Position numbers and translations under genes: made by a program
Part shown: piece by piece, positions 1 to 9,994 of the stretch
Numbering within the stretch: position 1 is the stretch's first letter
How the letters are laid out: the number at the start of each line of letters is the position of its first letter
The notes under the pieces: generated by a model
Databases searched by the model: none
What the model was told of the DNA's origin: nothing
What the model saw: the letters and a program-made list of their open reading frames with translations, nothing else
Virus record (IMG/VR): IMGVR_UViG_3300010938_000281
Location: 1 to 64,000 of that record
DNA length: 64,000 bases
From: a virus
Strand: one strand, 5' to 3'

Positions 1-1
1 G

Positions 2-898
2 ACTATTGGTATTCCTTCTCCGTGGCCTAGATACAATGAGGCTATTGGTGGCGGTCGTAGACGTGGCGGCGTATATCTTATTGCTGCTAGACCAAAGGCT
101 GGTAAATCAACATTAGCTCTTAATGACGCTATTCATGTTGCTTATAAACTAAATATTCCAACATTATACCTAGATACAGAAATGACCGAAGAGGGTCAGT
201 ATCCTAGACTGTTAGCCAGATTGTCTAAGTTATCAATAAACAATGTTGAGCGCGGCAATCTTACAAATATAGAAATTGACAATCTTGTTAGGGTGGGCAG
301 AGATATTAAAAATATGCCCCTATACTACCGCAAGATAGCTGGTAAGAGCTTTAGTGAAATAGCCTCTATTATTAGAAACTTTGTTATTCAACATGTTGGT
401 ATGGACGGAGGCGTCACGAAAGATTGTCTAGTTATTTATGACTACTTCAAACTTATGGACGCTTCAACTCTTGCCGATATGCAAGAGTATCAGGCTATGG
501 GTTTTCAAATCCAAGAACTAACGAATATGTGTATTAAGTACGACTTTCCATGCTCTGCTTATGTACAGCTAAATAGAGATGGTATCACAAAAGATACTTC
601 TGACGCCATAAGTCAATCGGATAGACTTGTTTGGTTATGTTCGTCTTTATCTATGTTAAAACGTAAATCTTCCGAAGAAATGGGACTTGATGGGTTTGTT
701 AATGGAAATAGTAAGTTGATTGTCTGTGATGAACAGAGATATGGTCCCGGCTTGGAAGGTGGAGATTATATCAATCTTATGATTCAAAGAGATAAGTGTA
801 TTGTTGACGAGGTTTGCTTAAAAAGTAAAATTGCACAACAAAATCAAGGTTTTGATAGTAACGAGGAAGAAGATGACGACGGGGATTCGGAATTTTGA
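2..898 (+). CDS. dnaB: Replicative DnaB-like helicase (5' truncated by window)
   Basis: Frame is open upstream of the listed ORF: TIGIPSPWPRYNEAIGG..YLIAARPKAGKST (Walker A), YLDTEM, VIYDYFKLM, YVQLNR motifs; acidic C-terminal tail. Confidence 0.9.
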   Translation, partial: TIGIPSPWPRYNEAIGGGRRRGGVYLIAARPKAGKSTLALNDAIHVAYKLNIPTLYLDTEMTEEGQYPRLLARLSKLSINNVERGNLTNIEIDNLVRVGRDIKNMPLYYRKIAGKSFSEIASIIRNFVIQHVGMDGGVTKDCLVIYDYFKLMDASTLADMQEYQAMGFQIQELTNMCIKYDFPCSAYVQLNRDGITKDTSDAISQSDRLVWLCSSLSMLKRKSSEEMGLDGFVNGNSKLIVCDEQRYGPGLEGGDYINLMIQRDKCIVDEVCLKSKIAQQNQGFDSNEEEDDDGDSEF

Positions 899-1960
899 GC
901 TTTCAGCTATTAACCAACAGTTAGTAAATAAGCTCTCATATCTATTACCATATTTTGGTATATTGCACACGGACTACAAAAATAGGGTCGCTTTTAGCTG
1001 CCCTATTCACGGTAGTGATAAATATGAGTCCGCCTGTATATTCAAAAACGGTGAAAAAAGGAATGGTAATTTTGTATGTTGGACGCGGCACTGTGAAAAC
1101 GATATTGGTTTTACGGCATATTCGTTCTTTAAGTATCTCTTAAAAAAAAAGATAGTAAACTAGACTATACTAAGTGGCTAGAGGAACAAAAGATTGAGTT
1201 TGTTAGATATAATCCACAAGAGATGGATATAATCTCGTTTAATGATTTTGTTAATAAGTCGTTTGTACAAAGAACCGTCGAACCAACGAATATCCAGAGT
1301 AGGGAATATGTTAGAAGTAAACTAATTATTCCTTCCGATTATTTCATTAAACGTGGATACAAGCCTCAAACTATGAATAAGTTTGATGTTGGCCTATGTG
1401 TCACTAAAGGTAGTTCTGCCTATATGAGAGCTACAGTTCCGGTATATGATACTACTGGACAGTTTATGATTGGATATAGTGCGAGAAGTATAAACGATAA
1501 ATGTCCTATGTGTGAAACCTATCATTACTTTAAGCATCCATGTCCAAGAAATAAGATAGAAGAAGTATATGCTAGAAAATGGAGACATAGCGAGGGTTTT
1601 TCTACTGGAACTACACTATACAACATATGGAATGTTAACAGTCCAAGTGTTATATTGGTTGAGGGGCCGGGGGATGTTTGGAGATTAGATGAGTGTGGAT
1701 GTAACTCAGCATTAAGTATTTTTGGGTGTAATATAACAAACAACCAAATTCAACAACTTGCTGAAAAAAACGTACAAAATGTTACCATCTGTCTTGATAA
1801 TGATAAGGCTGGTATAGATGGCACATATAAAATATATGAGAAACTTAAAATGTACTTCAATGTAGAAGTAATTACAACGAATCAAAAAGATGTTGGCGAT
1901 TCGTCTATTAGCGAAGTTCAAGATTTACTAAAGGGGTCGAGATGGAAATTATTGGAATAG
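873..1960 (+). CDS. dnaG: DNA primase (zinc finger + TOPRIM), interrupted by a -1 frameshift at the A9 run 1142-1150
   Basis: 873-1163 has a CPIH...CWTRHC zinc finger. 1151-1960 is open (DSKLDYTKWL...) and has TOPRIM motifs LVEGPGDV, CLDNDKAG, KDVGD. Confidence 0.85.
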
Positions 1961-2718
1961 CTGGAGCTAAAGGTGCTGGTAAAGATAGTGCTGCAAAACT
2001 AATTACCGGTATGGTAATGCAAAAGGTTGGTATGATTCAAGATTACGATATGACAGAACAGGGTGAACTAATCATCTACTATTCTGATTCTGTTGATGGC
2101 GTATCTAAAAGACAAGAGGGTATTTTTAACTTAGATAATAGGTCAGAAGCCTTTCAAAACTACCTATACGAAATGGTTTGGCCTCATGTTAAGACATATC
2201 ATTTTGCGGACGCTCTAAAGGTAATACTTTCTAGTATGTTCGGTCTTAGTATAGACATGCTTTTTGGAACACAAGAAGATAAAGCAAGCCTATCCACCAT
2301 TAAGTGGGGTCAGTTGGTAGATATTATTCCAAAGAAAAAACTAAAGAAAAATATCAATCTTGAAGAGTTTATGACATACCGTGAAGTTATGCAATACTTT
2401 GCGGACGTTATGAAAAATGTTGACGACCTTTGTTTTGTAAACAATTGCCTTCAACAAATCGAAATGGAACAGGTTCCTATATCCCTGATAGCCGATGTAA
2501 GAACAGAACCAGAGGTGATGGCTCTTAAAGCTAAAGGGGCTAAGATTATCTATTTGACAAAACGTCCAGAAGATAACGATTCTCATCATATTGAAAATGG
2601 TCTTGTTAATACGGATAGAGCTGTATTCGATATTGTTCTTGATAATCAAAACATGTCTATAGGTGAGAAAAATGTTAAACTGGTTAGTGAACTTAAAAAT
2701 ATTGGTTTTTTGCAATGA
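1942..2718 (+). CDS. Deoxynucleoside monophosphate kinase
   Basis: IIGIAGAKGAGKD P-loop; FADALK, REVMQ and IADVR..E motifs of phage dNMP kinases. Confidence 0.8.
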   Translation: MEIIGIAGAKGAGKDSAAKLITGMVMQKVGMIQDYDMTEQGELIIYYSDSVDGVSKRQEGIFNLDNRSEAFQNYLYEMVWPHVKTYHFADALKVILSSMFGLSIDMLFGTQEDKASLSTIKWGQLVDIIPKKKLKKNINLEEFMTYREVMQYFADVMKNVDDLCFVNNCLQQIEMEQVPISLIADVRTEPEVMALKAKGAKIIYLTKRPEDNDSHHIENGLVNTDRAVFDIVLDNQNMSIGEKNVKLVSELKNIGFLQ

Positions 2719-3111
2719 AACCTGTTTCTATAGCAGACCTTTGGGAAGCATTAGAGGATAGTATGAGGATGTGTGCTAAATTGCGCGGAGAGCGTCTATC
2801 TCATAATAACTATCAGTAAAACGAGCGGGACGGTTTGGATTATATGGTTATTTGCACGGTTGGGTTCTTAGCGGCCGACACAATTATCAAGTATATCCAA
2901 GAACAAAAGCAGGAACAAGAGGATGTAGAATGAAAAATTACCATTTCAGATTTGTGCTGACGACGGAATGTTGGAAACTATAGACAATATCAAACCTCTT
3001 AGTAAGGGCTGTATTGGTAATAGGGGAACGCTTACATCTATACCGTACAGTAATCCTGTATGTGATATAGTTGAAGTAACTAAAGAATATATTAAGTTTA
3101 AGAGTATATAG
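2715..3111 (+). pseudogene. Two small degraded ORFs
   Basis: 2715-2933 reads MKPVSIADLW...YQ*NERDGLDY...DVE* with an in-frame TAA. The ORF from ATG 2930 needs one extra A in an A5 run to join LPFQICADDG...KSI*. Confidence 0.35.
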
Positions 3112-3112
3112 T

Positions 3113-4237
3113 ATGGCTATATGTTGTTATGCTAGAAGTTCATCTTTGAAATCTTGGGAATATTGTCAACAACAGTATTTTATTGATTATAATCTTGGTA
3201 TTAAGCAGCCGGGTAACAAGAAGGCTGTTATGGGTACAATCACCCATAAGGTTCTTGAATGGCTTGCTATGGCTAGATTAAATCATAACGATGATAAGAT
3301 TAAATTTTTTGATGATTCGCTACAGGAAGAACTGGAGATTTGTCCGAAACAACTAATGGAAGTTACTACTTTAGAAGATAAAATAGTAAACGAAATTAAC
3401 AAGACTAGGGCTAATAAACAAATCTATAAGACGGGTTCTATACTACCATACGGTTCTCGGCGTATCGGATATTCTGTGGTAAATGATTTGGTTGTTAAAG
3501 CCTTTAATCACTACTCAGCCAAGAGTCCTTATGATTGGACACTTACAGACCTTAAGAATTGTGGTAACTGGACATGGATGGCTCTTGAGTGGGGAGACGG
3601 ATATTATGACCCTCGAAAAAGAAAGATAGTTTCTTCCGAGTGTTCGTTTGATATGCCAGTAGAGTGTGATTGGGGAAGCTATGAATATACACACAACAAC
3701 AAAAAAATTTCTGGAAAATTTGCAATAAAGGGCACAATTGACTTGATTACCGAAGTCGATTGTGATACACTAGAAATAATCGACTGGAAAACCGGTCAGA
3801 GGGTTGATTGGGCGACTGGAGAAGAAAAGACCTATAGTAAACTATGTGAGGATAGTCAGCTTGCATTATATCATTATGCAGCAACGAAACTATTTCCTAA
3901 ATATAAGCATATTATATTCACTATATTCTTCATTCGAGACGGCGGTCCTTTCACTATCGTGTTTGATATAGATAATCACGCGAAAGTGGAAGAAACATTA
4001 AAGAACCATTTTGACGATGTTAGGAATACAAAACTTCCTAAGATGTTATCACCACAACAGAAAGATTTTAGATGTACCAAGCTATGTTCGTATTATAAGA
4101 ATATGTGGCCTGGAACAGACCAAAATATTTGCAGATTTATCCATAATGAAATAAAGCGTATTGGTATTGATAGTGTAATTGATACATATAAGCAAAGTTC
4201 GCACACGTTTGAAAAGTATAACAGTCCAGGAGAATAA
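3113..4237 (+). CDS. PD-(D/E)XK exonuclease, RecB/AddB/Cas4-like
   Basis: SSLKSWEYCQQQY, GTITHKVLE, KGTIDL, IIDWKTG, QLALY; C-terminal CxxxC..C (possible Fe-S staple). Confidence 0.85.
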   Translation: MAICCYARSSSLKSWEYCQQQYFIDYNLGIKQPGNKKAVMGTITHKVLEWLAMARLNHNDDKIKFFDDSLQEELEICPKQLMEVTTLEDKIVNEINKTRANKQIYKTGSILPYGSRRIGYSVVNDLVVKAFNHYSAKSPYDWTLTDLKNCGNWTWMALEWGDGYYDPRKRKIVSSECSFDMPVECDWGSYEYTHNNKKISGKFAIKGTIDLITEVDCDTLEIIDWKTGQRVDWATGEEKTYSKLCEDSQLALYHYAATKLFPKYKHIIFTIFFIRDGGPFTIVFDIDNHAKVEETLKNHFDDVRNTKLPKMLSPQQKDFRCTKLCSYYKNMWPGTDQNICRFIHNEIKRIGIDSVIDTYKQSSHTFEKYNSPGE

Positions 4238-4262
4238 TGTAATATGAGAAACTAGGTAGTAT

Positions 4263-5201
4263 ATGCAAAAAGTATTATTATTATCATGCGTGGTAGGATT
4301 ATGCTTACTTATATCTTCTACAATGGCAGATATGCCCGATGTAGAGTTGCATACTAAGTGTTTATACCCGGTAGTAAAGATTCTTTTATCTGATGGTGGT
4401 GGTGGTTCTGGAGTAATTGTTAGGTCTTTCAAAGTTAAAGAGGGAGAATATACAAATATAGTTATTACCGCCGGACATATACTAACGCAAGATATTGAGG
4501 TACTTGTTCCTAAATATGAGAACTGGTCTGTTCTAAAAGAGTATGTTAAGTATCCGTGTGGTATAGTAACTGCATCTAATAAATACGATTTAGGAATCGT
4601 TGCTTTTTATAGCAAAGAACCAATGTATACGGCTAATATTGATTTTACCGCTAAGTATTACATAGGGTCTAAAATTATAAAGATGGGGTATGGGGTATTG
4701 GACGAAGCTAGGTTGGACAGTGGAGAAATTACGTCTGTAAAATTTGCTAGTAAAGACTTGTTTAAGGATTGTATTCGTATGAATAATCCAACCACGTTGG
4801 GGGATTCGGGTGGGCCGTGCTATCTACAAAGTAGTAATAAACTTATAGCAATAAATCGCGGTATGAGAACTTATAACGGTCAAGGTCTTCCACATCACGC
4901 ATTTGCTACTCCTATTACATTTTTACAAGAGTGGAATAAAGAACAGGGTAACACACTAAACTATACGTTTGATACGAATATACCTGTAAATATAGATATA
5001 AAAGCTGCAAATAATAATTATATGGTTTTATTATTAACCAATCAGATTAACGATATAAACAAGAATATTGAGTCGTTAATTATGAAGCGTAATTTGATAA
5101 TAGAGAAAATGGGACAGATAGTAAATAATGTAGAACCTATAATACCAGAAGTTGACCCCGGCGAACCAACAGATGGTGTTCCGCCACCACCTACAGAATA
5201 A
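4263..5201 (+). CDS. Trypsin-like serine protease with N-terminal signal/TM segment
   Basis: GSGVI, ITAGH (His), YDLG (Asp), GDSGGP (Ser) triad; hydrophobic N-terminus; C-terminal coiled-coil-like and Pro-rich tail. Confidence 0.85.
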   Translation: MQKVLLLSCVVGLCLLISSTMADMPDVELHTKCLYPVVKILLSDGGGGSGVIVRSFKVKEGEYTNIVITAGHILTQDIEVLVPKYENWSVLKEYVKYPCGIVTASNKYDLGIVAFYSKEPMYTANIDFTAKYYIGSKIIKMGYGVLDEARLDSGEITSVKFASKDLFKDCIRMNNPTTLGDSGGPCYLQSSNKLIAINRGMRTYNGQGLPHHAFATPITFLQEWNKEQGNTLNYTFDTNIPVNIDIKAANNNYMVLLLTNQINDINKNIESLIMKRNLIIEKMGQIVNNVEPIIPEVDPGEPTDGVPPPPTE

Positions 5202-5225
5202 TTTGATAATTTATTAGGACAACAA

Positions 5226-6611
5226 ATGATTCCATTGAATAATCATACTCACTACTCACTACTGCAAGGCTATTGTAAACCGGCCAAACTAGCAAAACTT
5301 GCTGGCGAGTTGGAATATAACTCTATAGCTATATCAGATATAGATAGTCTGTCTGGTACTGTTAACTTTATGGACTCTTTAGAAAAGACCGGCATCAAAC
5401 CTATTATTGGTACTAAGTTACCGTATGTTGATGGCGGTTATATTTTTTTGATAGCTAAAAATTTAACGGGGTGGAGAGAGCTAATCTGTCTTAATCAGGT
5501 TATTACATCTGGTGAACTAATTAACGACCCTATGCTTAAAACTGCAAAAAATTGCGTTTGTATAACCGGAGATGTTGGAAGTACCCTGTTTTCATATCTA
5601 GTTAAGCAGAACTCTGTTTTTGCTTCCACAAATCCTACACACTCATTATCCTTCTACCTACGGGATGAGTATAATAGAGTAATCTACGAACATTTATCAA
5701 AACTAAAGACAATCTTCAAAGATGACCTATATGTAGGAATACAAAGATGTAACCAAGTCTCTATACCTATTGATAAAATAGCTGCCGATATATTTGAATA
5801 CAACGCTAGTTGTGTAGGTATTAAAACCGTAGCCCTAAATAATACATTTGTCCATAAAGAGTCTGAAATGGAAGAGTTGCAGATTCTACTTTGCTCTAAG
5901 GAAAAAAGTAAATTCGCATCAGTTAAGGATAGAATTCAAACGGACGAGAAAGCTAATTTATACCGCTTCTTTAACGATAAGAATTTCGCCCTTTATTCAA
6001 AAGATTATTATAAACAAATCTATTCTCCAGAACAAATTGCTGTAACACAAGAAATCTCGGATAAGATAGAGAACTTTACTCTACTAGCCAATCCTAAAGC
6101 TCCAAATTTTGTATGTCCAGATGGTATGTCTCAAAAAGACTATTTGTTACACTTGTGCAGGGCCGGTTGGCAAAGAATTCTTCCTCGTATTGACCAAAAT
6201 AGAACACAAGAGTATGTTGATAGAATCAAGCACGAGCTTGATGTTATTAACCGTGCTGCTATTGAGGGTTATTTTTTGGTTGTACAAGATTATGTTAATT
6301 GGGCTAAAAATGAAGGTATGTTAGTTGGCTGTGGTAGAGGATGTTTTACGCCAGATTCTAGGGTTAAAATGTCTGATGGGCTATTTTGCCCTATATCATT
6401 AGTTAATATTGGTGATAGAATTATAGATGCTTATGGTTTTATACAGACAGTGTATGATATTTTGGAATATGATATAAGCGAAGAAATTGTAGAGTTAGAA
6501 TTTGAAAATGGTAAAATAATTAGATGCACAAAAGACCATATGTTTTTAACAGACCGTGGATGGGTGGAAGCTATAAATCTAACAGAAGATGATAATATTA
6601 AGGATGTTTGA
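5226..6611 (+). CDS. dnaE: DNA polymerase III alpha piece 1 (PHP domain to VGCGRG) fused to split intein N-half
   Basis: HTHYSL, GIKPIIG, LIAKNLTGWREL, YVDRIKHELDVI, GYFLVVQDYV, VGCGRG; then intein block A CFTPDSRV (6342) and block B CTKDHMF. Confidence 0.92.
   Translation: MIPLNNHTHYSLLQGYCKPAKLAKLAGELEYNSIAISDIDSLSGTVNFMDSLEKTGIKPIIGTKLPYVDGGYIFLIAKNLTGWRELICLNQVITSGELINDPMLKTAKNCVCITGDVGSTLFSYLVKQNSVFASTNPTHSLSFYLRDEYNRVIYEHLSKLKTIFKDDLYVGIQRCNQVSIPIDKIAADIFEYNASCVGIKTVALNNTFVHKESEMEELQILLCSKEKSKFASVKDRIQTDEKANLYRFFNDKNFALYSKDYYKQIYSPEQIAVTQEISDKIENFTLLANPKAPNFVCPDGMSQKDYLLHLCRAGWQRILPRIDQNRTQEYVDRIKHELDVINRAAIEGYFLVVQDYVNWAKNEGMLVGCGRGCFTPDSRVKMSDGLFCPISLVNIGDRIIDAYGFIQTVYDILEYDISEEIVELEFENGKIIRCTKDHMFLTDRGWVEAINLTEDDNIKDV
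6342..6608 (+). mobile_element. Split intein 1, N-part (89 aa)
   Basis: Begins with Cys immediately after DnaE GRG; TxDH block B; ORF stops after block B; acidic. Confidence 0.9.
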
Positions 6612-6669
6612 TAAAAATACATCCTCGCCAGCATCTTTTCTGTATATAATACTACAGAGGAGATAAAAT

Positions 6670-7533
6670 ATGAATACGATTACCTTGAAAAATTTTCAAG
6701 AAATAGATTATAACACTAAAGGGATATCTAATCATAAACTTATAGACTGTATATGTATAAGGTGTAATTCGTCTTTTATATATACATCAGTTAAAAATTT
6801 TATGAAGAACAGAATAACTAATATTGAAAATAAAGTATTGTGGAATACGTGTCATAAGTGCTGGCTTAAAATAAATACTTCAGAATCTAAAGTGTGGATT
6901 GAGAAAAATAGAAAAGCTCAACTTATAGCGCAAAATAAACCAGAACAAAAAATAAAAAACTCTAAAAGGGTGTCGGAGTCTTGGACATATGAAAGGAAAA
7001 TTAAAAATTCCAAATTACTAAAAGATAGGTGGAAAAATGATAAAGATTTTGCTGAAAAAGCATTAAAAAATTTATCTTGGACAAACAAATTAGACGTTAG
7101 TAGATTTAATACTTTATTAAAATCATCTATTGGTATTGGTGGACTTAAGGGTATATATAACAATATTAGATACGATAGTTCTTTAGAATTATCTTTCATA
7201 TTATGGTGTTTTGATAATAGTATAGATGTTCGTAGATACGACCTAGACCCTATTAGATATTTAGATGAAAATAATATAAGTAGATTGTATATACCAGATT
7301 TTATTATTACTAATAATATTATTGTAGAAATTAAGGGTTTTGGAATATATTATCAGAAAAACTTTGATAGAAATATTAAAAAATTCCAAGCCTTAAAGAG
7401 TTGGTGTAAATCTAATAATTTTAATAATAGACTGTTATTAGGCGATGATTTAATTTTGAAGAAAAACTATAAAAGAGCCAGAAAGCTACACCATGAAAAT
7501 AAAAAAGAAAACGCTTATAAAATACAGTGGTAA
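6670..7533 (+). CDS. Free-standing homing endonuclease, PD-(D/E)XK TnsA-N-like, between intein halves
   Basis: YDSSLELSF, YIPDF, IVEIKG; N-terminal CxxC/CxxC and NUMOD-like basic repeats; very AT-rich; own SD GAGGAG. Confidence 0.75.
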   Translation: MNTITLKNFQEIDYNTKGISNHKLIDCICIRCNSSFIYTSVKNFMKNRITNIENKVLWNTCHKCWLKINTSESKVWIEKNRKAQLIAQNKPEQKIKNSKRVSESWTYERKIKNSKLLKDRWKNDKDFAEKALKNLSWTNKLDVSRFNTLLKSSIGIGGLKGIYNNIRYDSSLELSFILWCFDNSIDVRRYDLDPIRYLDENNISRLYIPDFIITNNIIVEIKGFGIYYQKNFDRNIKKFQALKSWCKSNNFNNRLLLGDDLILKKNYKRARKLHHENKKENAYKIQW

Positions 7534-7597
7534 AGTCCACGACCTGTCTGTTGAAAATACACATTCTTATAATATTGAGGGTTTAGGTGTACATAAT
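7493..7597 (+). mobile_element. Split intein 1, C-part
   Basis: Basic N-terminus, block F VHDLSV, block G HN followed by +1 Ser. Confidence 0.9.
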
Positions 7598-8356
7598 TCC
7601 GCCGCCGGATGTTTAACTTCATATCTTCTTAATATTACAAGTATTGACCCAATCGTATACGGTTTAATGTTTGAAAGATTCTATAATGAGGGTAGAAACT
7701 CTCCAGGTAAAACCTCTTTCCCTGATATTGATGTAGACTTTCCGGTATTTGGAAGAGAAAGGGTTATTGAGTATATTAGACAGAAGTACGGTAGAAACCA
7801 AGTATCTCAGATATTTACACTGCAAGAAATTCAGGGTAGGAGCGCCATTCGAGAGGTTCTTAGAGTATACGCCGCTTGCCCACAAGAGTTTATTAACGAA
7901 ATCAGTAAAAAGTTGCCACAAAAAGCATCTATTGCTGATAAACTGGAGGAAGCTAAAGAAACCTCAATCATTCGTTGGACATTAGAAAACGAACCAGATA
8001 TTCTTAAAGATTGGTGTGAAATCAAAGATGACGAGCTTGTTGGAGAGTATGCTTTCTATTTTGATAAAGCTATCCAAATCGAAGGAACCTTCAAAGGTTA
8101 TGGTAAGCACGCATCCGCAGTAGTTATTGCAAATGAACCTATTGCCGGTATATGTCCTATGGTTAAAGATAAGAGTTCAGACGAGTTCATTGCCGCTATT
8201 GAATATGAAGAACTAGAAAAAATGGGACTTATGAAAGTAGATATTCTCGGTTGTATTTCGCTAGATAAGTTGGCCGCTGTAAACGACTTACTTCAATTCG
8301 GAGAAATTAGAGGTATTGTATCTCAAGAAAACGGTGAAAACACCTCTGAGGAATAG
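7493..8356 (+). CDS. dnaE: Split intein C-half (35 aa) fused to DnaE piece 2 (catalytic palm)
   Basis: MKIKKK...VHDLSV..HSY...VHN|SAAG; FERF, FPDIDVDF, GKHASAVVI, GLMKVDILG; no intein at the C-terminus. Confidence 0.92.
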   Translation: MKIKKKTLIKYSGKVHDLSVENTHSYNIEGLGVHNSAAGCLTSYLLNITSIDPIVYGLMFERFYNEGRNSPGKTSFPDIDVDFPVFGRERVIEYIRQKYGRNQVSQIFTLQEIQGRSAIREVLRVYAACPQEFINEISKKLPQKASIADKLEEAKETSIIRWTLENEPDILKDWCEIKDDELVGEYAFYFDKAIQIEGTFKGYGKHASAVVIANEPIAGICPMVKDKSSDEFIAAIEYEELEKMGLMKVDILGCISLDKLAAVNDLLQFGEIRGIVSQENGENTSEE

Positions 8357-8443
8357 TTTGAAAAATTAGCTATAAAATCACCGTACCCGACAGGAAACTT
8401 GTGTTCTAATAATAGAAGTATTATTTTACACATGGAGACTGTT

Positions 8444-8981
8444 ATGAAAAAAAATACAAATAACAAAAGATGCGATTTACGACCTTTACATAGATAAAGG
8501 GTTAACGGCAGAACAAATAAGTAAACAGATGAACGTATCTAAAAGCACAATCTATAATAGAATATTTAAGTACGGGATAAAAAGAGACTTCGTTTCAAAG
8601 TATATTGGTAAAAAATTTGGAATGATTACAGTTATTAAACCGTTAAGCACCAAAACCAAATGGAACCACAGAGAGTTTGAATGCTTGTGCGATTGTGGTA
8701 TTATCAATGTTGAGAATATGTAAAGAAAATAAATTTAGCTGCGGTTGCGTACAAAAACGAAAGTTGATATAAATGTGAAAGTTTCAAAGTCACAAAGTAA
8801 ACAAAAATTAAGAACAGCGTCGTTAGATAGAATTGATAGTACAAAAAACTATACTATTGATAATATACAATGGGTTCACAAAGACGTTAATAAGATGAAA
8901 ATGGATTTTTCTCAAGAATATTTTATAGAAATGTGTAGATTGGTAACACTAACTTGTAAGGATAAACAAAATGTCACATAA
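8444..8981 (+). pseudogene. Degraded HNH homing endonuclease
   Basis: Frameshift in an A8 run after ATG 8444; IGKKFGMITV..ECLCDCG fragment; separate frame with ASLDRIDS.KNY..DNIQWVHKDVNKMK. Confidence 0.75.
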
Positions 8982-9246
8982 GTCGGATTTGCACAAGGCT
9001 TTAGATACTATGACAAGACTTGGTATTGATGTGGAGTACGGTCCACTAACACTATGTAATCTTGGACATTTCTCTATTACAAGAAATATCCTTGAGCGTA
9101 AGTTTCAAGTAGACTGCGATTCTGCCGAGATTAGATTTACTCAAATGTATAATAACTACTATACAGCTATTGATAAATTTATATCTCTATACGCCGCTCT
9201 AAAGAGTAAAGAGATGCAACTAGAATTAAAGGAGAAGAAAAATTAA
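8971..9246 (+). CDS. Hypothetical protein
   Basis: 91-aa ORF overlapping both neighbours. Confidence 0.6.
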   Translation: MSHKSDLHKALDTMTRLGIDVEYGPLTLCNLGHFSITRNILERKFQVDCDSAEIRFTQMYNNYYTAIDKFISLYAALKSKEMQLELKEKKN

Positions 9247-9802
9247 GGTTGGTACAAAAAGTCTTCTTTTTGGAGCGCATCAGTTTGTTATCCATCCTTT
9301 AATTGTATCTTACTGCTATATTAAACTGTATGGTTGGACTTGGGATTGGCGTATATGGCTTTGCTTTTTTATCCATGATTTGGGATATTTAGGTTGCGAC
9401 AATATGGACGGTGATGATGGATTTGAAAAGAGGGGTGGAAAGTGGCATCCGCTAAAATCTTATATGTGGTTAATGGATTGGGGAATGAAGAAAACCGCCT
9501 GGTTCTGTGTCTATCATTCAAGAACTATAGCTAATGAAATGAGCTTTATGGATGGTGCTAATCTATCAAGGTTGGCCGTAGCAGATAAGTTGGCTGTAGT
9601 ATACACACCATTATGGATGTATTGTAAGCAAGAACTTCATGAGTATATGATTATGGAAGGATATAATTTATCATTTACGTTGTGTAAATCTAGTCTGCTA
9701 TATTATAATTTATGTACAAGTTGGAAAACAATGGTTGATGTTAAGTGCTTGAAATTTGTACAAGAGTGGAAGGATAAAGCATATGATATCGGACAATATT
9801 GA
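9242..9802 (+). CDS. Hypothetical HD-like phage protein, probable ATT start
   Basis: Frame open from ATT 9242 (IKVGTKSLLFGAHQF...IHDLGY..NMDG...YHSR...ADKL); SD AAGGAG at 9229-9234; in-frame TAA at 9227. Confidence 0.65.
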   Translation: MKVGTKSLLFGAHQFVIHPLIVSYCYIKLYGWTWDWRIWLCFFIHDLGYLGCDNMDGDDGFEKRGGKWHPLKSYMWLMDWGMKKTAWFCVYHSRTIANEMSFMDGANLSRLAVADKLAVVYTPLWMYCKQELHEYMIMEGYNLSFTLCKSSLLYYNLCTSWKTMVDVKCLKFVQEWKDKAYDIGQY

Positions 9803-9994
9803 TAAATTAGAGGACGTGTGGAAAAGCGCATTATATCCATCAACAGAACAGGATAAGATAAATGCTGAAAAGTTATGGGGGAACTTGATGCTGATGGTAT
9901 GTATCTATTAGAAAGTATCCGTACAGGACTAAAGCCCGTATAAATGTTAGTGTGGAAAATGGGATAGTTACAGATATTTTGTAGGATAAAAACT

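Noticed and set aside
3113-4237. CRISPR-Cas system (Cas4-like gene)
   Set aside because: No repeat-spacer array or other cas genes seen; solo Cas4/RecB-like nucleases are common in phages
6608-6650. Sigma70 promoter TTGATA...TATAAT before the endonuclease
   Set aside because: Spacer is about 31 nt, far from 17
6612-7492. Contiguous intein with internal endonuclease broken by sequencing errors
   Set aside because: Clean stop, 58-nt spacer with SD, a separate ATG for IntC in another frame, and acidic IntN with basic IntC as in natural split inteins
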